Below are positions 27,265 to 32,000 of a stretch of 32,000 nucleotides of DNA, in pieces. A program made the translations under genes and the position numbers. The first letter of the stretch is position 1; each line of letters opens with the position of its first letter. The notes under the pieces were generated by a model. That model searched no databases and was not told the DNA's origin. It was given only the letters and a program-made list of their open reading frames with translations. The stretch is taken from assembly GCF_000008645.1 (NCBI RefSeq), contig NC_000916.1, forward strand, positions 1,350,001 to 1,382,000, read 5' to 3'. Origin of the DNA: Methanothermobacter thermautotrophicus str. Delta H (GTDB taxonomy: Archaea > Methanobacteriota > Methanobacteria > Methanobacteriales > Methanothermobacteraceae).

Positions 27265-29985
27265 ATGACCGCCATATATGAACTTGAAGTGGAGGAGGTC
27301 CTGCAGAGGCTTGAAACATCAGAATCAGGCCTTGACCCCCAGGAGGCGGAAAAACGCCTCAAGATCCACGGTCCAAACAAACTTGAGGAGGTCAAAAGGA
27401 GACCACTCATCCTGCTTTTTCTATCAAACCTCTACAACGTACTTGCACTGCTGCTCTGGATCGCAGCCATACTGTCCTTTATAACAGGCAATTACCAGCT
27501 TGCAGTCGCCATTGTAATGGTTATAATCATAAACGCACTCTTCAGTTTCTGGCAGGAATATGAGGCTGAAAAGGCAGCCGAGGCCCTTAAAAACATTCTG
27601 CCTGTGATGGTTAAGGTCATAAGGGCCTCAAAGGAGGTTCTGATACCCGCGGCTGATGTCGTGCACGGGGACATCATAATCCTTGAGGAGGGGGACACCG
27701 TCCCGGCCGACGCAAGGATCCTTGAATCACACAACCTGAGGGTGGATGCATCAGCACTGACAGGAGAATCAAAACCTGTGAGAAAGGTATCACACCCGGT
27801 CAGGGAGGCTGATAACTACATAGACACAGAGAACATTCTGTTTGCAGGCACCCAGGTGACTTCAGGTACAGGAAGGGCCGCTGTGTTTGCAACCGGCAGG
27901 GACACCGAGTTCAGCAGGATAGCGACACTCACACAGGAGGTGCGTGAGGAGCCCAGCCCCCTCCAGCGACAGATATCCCTGGCCGCAAGGATCATAGGGG
28001 CCCTGGCGGTCGCCATGGGGGTCATCCTCTTCCTGGTGAACCTTTACATAGTCAGACTCCCCCTTGAAACGGCATTCATATTCGCAATTGGTTTGATGGT
28101 TGCAAACGTCCCGGAGGGCCTTCTTCCGAGCGTCACACTCTCACTTGCGGCATCCGCAAGGAAGATGGCCCGGGAAAACGCCCTTGTGAAGAGACTTTCC
28201 AGTGTGGAGACACTGGGATCAACGACAATCATATGCACAGATAAGACAGGGACCCTCACAAGGGGTGAGATGACGGTCAGGAAAATATGGATCCCCCATA
28301 AGGTCATCGAGGTCACAGGGTCAGGTTACAGACCAGAAGGTCAGTTCCTCTTCAGGGGTGAACCAGTGAGCCACAGGGACATGGCCGAGCTGAAGCTGCT
28401 CATGAGGGCAGCCACCTTCTGCAACGATTCGGCCCTCATACATGAGGAAGGTGAATGGAGTGTGCTGGGTGATTCAACCGAGGGCGCCCTCCTTGTTGCA
28501 GCCGAGAAGCTGGGCTTTGATGCTGAGGCAGAACTCAAAGCGATGCCAAGGATAACAGAGCTCCCCTTTGACTCCAGGCGGAAATCAATGACCTCAATCC
28601 ATGAGAAATCAGGGAAGAGGGTGGCCTACGTCAAGGGAGCGCCAAAGAAGATAATAGGATTATCGGAACGCATTTCTGTGGATGGGAGGGTCAGAGCCCT
28701 CCATGCAGATGAGAAGGAAAGGATAATAGGCATACATGATGAAATGGCCTCGAAGGGTCTCCGTGTACTTGCCTTCGCATACCGGGAACTCCCCGAGGAC
28801 CTTGAAGTCAGGGACCCCGGTGAGGTTGAGAGGGACCTTGTACTGGTGGGCATGGCAGCCATGCATGATCCACCAAGGGAGGGGGTTAAGGAGGCTGTGG
28901 AGCACTGCAAGACTGCAGGTATAAGGATCATAATGATAACAGGTGACTATGGTCTCACAGCAGAGGCCATAGCCAGGGAGATCGGGATAGTGGAGGGTGA
29001 GTGCAGAATAATCAAGGGAAAGGAGCTGGATAAGCTCAAAGACACCGAACTCAGGGGTATACTGGCCAGGGAGAGGAACCTTATATTCGCAAGGGCGGTC
29101 CCTGAACATAAGATGAGGATAGCATCTGTCCTGGAGGACTCAGATGAGATCGTTGCCATGACAGGGGACGGTGTTAACGATGCACCCGCCCTCAGGAAGG
29201 CAGATATAGGTGTTGCCATGGGGAGCGGCACCGATGTTGCAAAGGAGGCAGCAGACATAGTCCTTGCAGATGACAACTTTGCAAGTATCGTGACCGCGGT
29301 CAGGGAGGGCCGTACGGTCTATGAGAATATAAGGAAGTTCATAACCTACATATTTTCTCATGAGACAGCTGAGATAGTCCCATTTATCATGATGGTTCTC
29401 TTCAGCATACCCCTCCCAATAACCATAATGCAGATACTCGCAATAGACCTTGGAACAGACACCCTCCCGGCCCTGGCCCTTGGAAGATCCCTGCCGGAGT
29501 CTGATGTGATGAAACTGCCACCAAGGGCCCCCTCAGAGAGGCTCCTTAACAGGGAGGTCATCCTGAGGGGTTACCTGTTCACAGGGACAATTGAGGCAGC
29601 CCTCATCATGGCAGCATACTTCCTGGTTCTCTATTCAGGGGGATGGCTTCCAGGACAGGAACTTTCAGCCAGCGATCCCCTCTACATGAGGGCCACCACG
29701 GTGGTCTTTGCAGGTATAGTCATGGCACAGCTGGGCAATCTTCTCTCCTCACAGACCCTCCGTTCATCAGCACTTGAGGCGGGCCTCCTGAGGAACAGGT
29801 GGATACTGGCAGGTATGGTCTTTGCAATCTCGGTGATGCTCCTTGTTATCTATCTGCCACCACTGCAGCCCATCTTCGGCACAGCCCCACCCGGAATCCT
29901 GGAGTGGTTCATCCTGATACTCTTCACACCCATCGTCTTTCTGACAGATGAGATGAGGAAGTTCATACAGAGGAGGCTGGCCTGA
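27265..29985 (+). CDS. P-type cation-transporting ATPase, PII family, with type IIC (Na,K/H,K-ATPase-like) signatures
   Basis: ICTDKTGTLTRGEMTV, MVANVPEGLLPSVTLSLAASARKMARENALVKRLSSVETLGSTT, AMTGDGVNDAPALRKADIGVAMG, AIDLGTDTLPALALGRSLPESDVMK. ATG 27265 has GGTG upstream. Confidence 0.93.
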   Translation: MTAIYELEVEEVLQRLETSESGLDPQEAEKRLKIHGPNKLEEVKRRPLILLFLSNLYNVLALLLWIAAILSFITGNYQLAVAIVMVIIINALFSFWQEYEAEKAAEALKNILPVMVKVIRASKEVLIPAADVVHGDIIILEEGDTVPADARILESHNLRVDASALTGESKPVRKVSHPVREADNYIDTENILFAGTQVTSGTGRAAVFATGRDTEFSRIATLTQEVREEPSPLQRQISLAARIIGALAVAMGVILFLVNLYIVRLPLETAFIFAIGLMVANVPEGLLPSVTLSLAASARKMARENALVKRLSSVETLGSTTIICTDKTGTLTRGEMTVRKIWIPHKVIEVTGSGYRPEGQFLFRGEPVSHRDMAELKLLMRAATFCNDSALIHEEGEWSVLGDSTEGALLVAAEKLGFDAEAELKAMPRITELPFDSRRKSMTSIHEKSGKRVAYVKGAPKKIIGLSERISVDGRVRALHADEKERIIGIHDEMASKGLRVLAFAYRELPEDLEVRDPGEVERDLVLVGMAAMHDPPREGVKEAVEHCKTAGIRIIMITGDYGLTAEAIAREIGIVEGECRIIKGKELDKLKDTELRGILARERNLIFARAVPEHKMRIASVLEDSDEIVAMTGDGVNDAPALRKADIGVAMGSGTDVAKEAADIVLADDNFASIVTAVREGRTVYENIRKFITYIFSHETAEIVPFIMMVLFSIPLPITIMQILAIDLGTDTLPALALGRSLPESDVMKLPPRAPSERLLNREVILRGYLFTGTIEAALIMAAYFLVLYSGGWLPGQELSASDPLYMRATTVVFAGIVMAQLGNLLSSQTLRSSALEAGLLRNRWILAGMVFAISVMLLVIYLPPLQPIFGTAPPGILEWFILILFTPIVFLTDEMRKFIQRRLA

Positions 29986-29999
29986 ACATCATGGATTGT

Positions 30000-30022
30000 C
30001 AGGGATACTAATTTATAGGGCC
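30000..30022 (+). promoter_or_regulatory. promoter-like element copy 1
   Basis: CAGGGATACTAATTTATAGGGCC; nearly identical to 30734-30757. Confidence 0.6.
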
Positions 30023-30039
30023 AGGAGTATGTAAGGGAC

Positions 30040-30297
30040 ATGATGAGGAGAATAAAAAAAGAAAAGAGGAGGTCAGCGGAGGAGGAGTGGATCATCCTCA
30101 AAAGGCAAATCTACAGGTTAAGTGTGGAGGCGGGTTGGCCCCTGGAGTACATCCTAGAGATGCCATACTCCTCCTTCACGGAGTGCCTGCTATCATTCCA
30201 GGACCCGCCCAGGCAGGGGCCAGCAGTGAGGGATGTTGAAGCGGAACTGGATAGACTAAAAGAACTCAACTACAAGAGTATGCGATCGAGGATATAG
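30040..30297 (+). CDS. 85-aa uncharacterised protein
   Basis: MMRRIKKEKRRSAEEEWIILKRQIYRLSVEAGWPLEYILEMPYSSFTECLLSFQDPP...; promoter-like element upstream and 'aaggga' before ATG. Confidence 0.6.
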   Translation: MMRRIKKEKRRSAEEEWIILKRQIYRLSVEAGWPLEYILEMPYSSFTECLLSFQDPPRQGPAVRDVEAELDRLKELNYKSMRSRI

Positions 30298-30671
30298 AGG
30301 ACCATGAAGAAGGGGAGAGTCATGGTAGATGGTACATGCCATAAAAGACTTGATAGGATTAAGATGAGCGCTGTGCCTAGAGAGAAGATCCATGCGATGA
30401 CTGCAATGACCTTGGTCATGAATGGGGCATCATCGAAGGATGTGTCCTTCCCATTGAACCATAGTATCACCGCTAAAGCAATGCCACCCAATGTGAGTTC
30501 TGAGAATCCTATGAAGCCGTAGGGGATAGAGAACACTCCCACCCCTAGAGCTGTTCTCCTCAAGAATGTTTCCCTTTTGAGTTTTCCGCCGCATTCGCAG
30601 ATGTAATCATCAGGGTCCTCCCCATCATTTAGGGTGTAGGTTTCCCCACATTCCTCACATTTCACCTTCAT
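30270..30671 (-). CDS. 133-aa zinc-ribbon plus multi-span membrane protein
   Basis: MKVKCEECGETYTLNDGEDPDDYICECGGKLKRE (two CxxC/CxC knuckles) followed by several hydrophobic segments. Confidence 0.7.
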   Translation of the reverse strand: MKVKCEECGETYTLNDGEDPDDYICECGGKLKRETFLRRTALGVGVFSIPYGFIGFSELTLGGIALAVILWFNGKDTSFDDAPFMTKVIAVIAWIFSLGTALILILSSLLWHVPSTMTLPFFMVLYILDRILL

Positions 30672-30733
30672 AGTAGAATATTATGTCTGAAGTATTATGT
30701 AATCCTTACGGGGGAGTTGTATGGTTGATCATA

Positions 30734-30757
30734 CAGGGATACTAATTTATTAGGGCC
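30734..30757 (+). promoter_or_regulatory. promoter-like element copy 2
   Basis: CAGGGATACTAATTTATTAGGGCC, upstream of ORF 30799. Confidence 0.6.
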
Positions 30758-30798
30758 CGGACTGAACTATGATTAATTAAAGAAATGGAGGTGCTGGT

Positions 30799-31074
30799 AT
30801 GAGATGGTTAGCTCTTCTCATGCTCATGATATTTGTGGCGGGTTCATCGATAGGGACCTGCATGGCCCACTCAGGGGATACCCTGAAACCAGCCATGAAG
30901 GGTAAGGCTGGTGGCGGGTTTAAGAGTTCATCAGGAAAACATATTGACCTCGACGACGATGATGATTCTGGTGGCGCTGATGATTCTGCAGGTGGGGACT
31001 GGCTATGGCTTCTTGTCCTTATCATTCTAATTGTTGTGATAGCTGTGCTGATTCTCATCTATCTGAGGCGATGA
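30799..31074 (+). CDS. 91-aa secreted/anchored protein with aspartate-rich segment and C-terminal TM helix
   Basis: MRWLALLMLMIFVAGSSIGTCMAHSG...KHIDLDDDDDSGGADDSAGGDWLWLLVLIILIVVIAVLILIYLRR; 'ggaggtgctggt' Shine-Dalgarno upstream. Confidence 0.8.
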   Translation: MRWLALLMLMIFVAGSSIGTCMAHSGDTLKPAMKGKAGGGFKSSSGKHIDLDDDDDSGGADDSAGGDWLWLLVLIILIVVIAVLILIYLRR

Positions 31075-31176
31075 TAGACGAATGGCTGGCCGCGCCTTCG
31101 CTGTTTACAGACAGTAACTGGATGCTGATGGGTGGTGGAAACTTTGCCAGTGATTGATGAGTCCTGAGGGGATAGG

Positions 31177-32000
31177 ATGGTCCTTGTAATTGAGATCATA
31201 AGAAAGCATCTCCCAAGGGTCTTAAAGGTCCCGGCCACGCGCATACTCCTCCTTGTTCTTGCTGTGATCATCTACGGCACAGCAGGGTTCCATTTCATAG
31301 AGGGGGAGTCATGGACGGTTTCCCTCTACTGGACCTTTGTAACAATAGCAACTGTTGGTTACGGTGACTACAGTCCCTCAACGCCACTTGGAATGTACTT
31401 CACGGTAACCCTTATCGTACTTGGCATAGGGACCTTCGCGGTTGCAGTTGAAAGACTTTTAGAGTTCCTCATAAACAGGGAGCAGATGAAATTAATGGGG
31501 CTGATAGATGTGGCTAAATCAAGGCACGTGGTTATATGTGGCTGGAGTGAGAGTACCCTGGAGTGCCTCAGGGAACTCCGGGGGAGTGAGGTGTTTGTGC
31601 TTGCAGAGGATGAGAACGTCAGGAAGAAGGTCCTGAGGAGTGGGGCCAACTTTGTCCATGGGGACCCCACCAGGGTCTCTGACCTTGAAAAGGCCAATGT
31701 CAGGGGCGCGAGGGCGGTTATAGTGGACCTTGAATCTGACTCAGAGACCATACACTGCATACTTGGCATAAGGAAGATAGATGAATCTGTGAGGATCATA
31801 GCCGAGGCTGAGAGATATGAGAACATTGAGCAGTTGAGGATGGCGGGTGCTGATCAGGTGATATCCCCCTTTGTCATATCAGGGAGGCTGATGTCCAGGA
31901 GCATCGATGACGGCTATGAGGCTATGTTCGTACAGGATGTGCTTGCAGAGGAATCCACAAGGAGGATGGTTGAAGTCCCAATCCCTGAAGGGAGCAAACT
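31177..32000 (+). CDS. mthK: calcium-gated potassium channel MthK, 3'-truncated by window end
   Basis: Manual translation [75 protein letters not shown]...[29 protein letters not shown]... with TVGYGD selectivity filter and RCK/TrkA-N domain. Absent from the ORF track. Confidence 0.96.

Noticed and set aside
31368-31826. 152-aa minus-strand ORF at right end
   Set aside because: Antisense to mthK, which is unambiguous by translation on the plus strand.

Overview
This window is methanogen chromosomal DNA. It very probably comes from Methanothermobacter thermautotrophicus or a close relative, because the truncated right-edge protein reads as the MthK potassium channel and the gene set fits. It is mostly ordinary housekeeping sequence. 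I see no CRISPR array, tRNA, rRNA, transposon or recognisable defence system. Left to right I read: truncated LysE-like exporter (-), a 54-aa protein missing from the ORF track (-), ornithine cyclodeaminase/alanine dehydrogenase family (-), gatA (+), a CobB/CobQ-like protein with apparently permuted domains (+), a KaiC-like ATPase, ribB, ribK and sepS (-), tfrA (+), a HAD phosphatase interrupted by an apparent 1-nt frameshift (-), dadD-like deaminase (-), long-form hisG (+), FAH family (+), leuS, cutA and nadE (-), arsA/get3 (+), hmdII-like (+), a 1.4-kaa secreted protein with about 7 propeller and 9 CARDB-like repeats (-), cbiE (-), YchF-type GTPase (+), a P-type ATPase with Na,K-ATPase-like signatures (+), three small unknown proteins, and mthK (+, truncated). 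The items most worth follow-up are the HAD frameshift, the ATPase/small-protein/MthK neighbourhood with duplicated upstream elements, the symmetric elements between dadD and hisG, the repeats upstream of tfrA, the permuted CobB-like protein, and the start-codon puzzle of the large surface protein.
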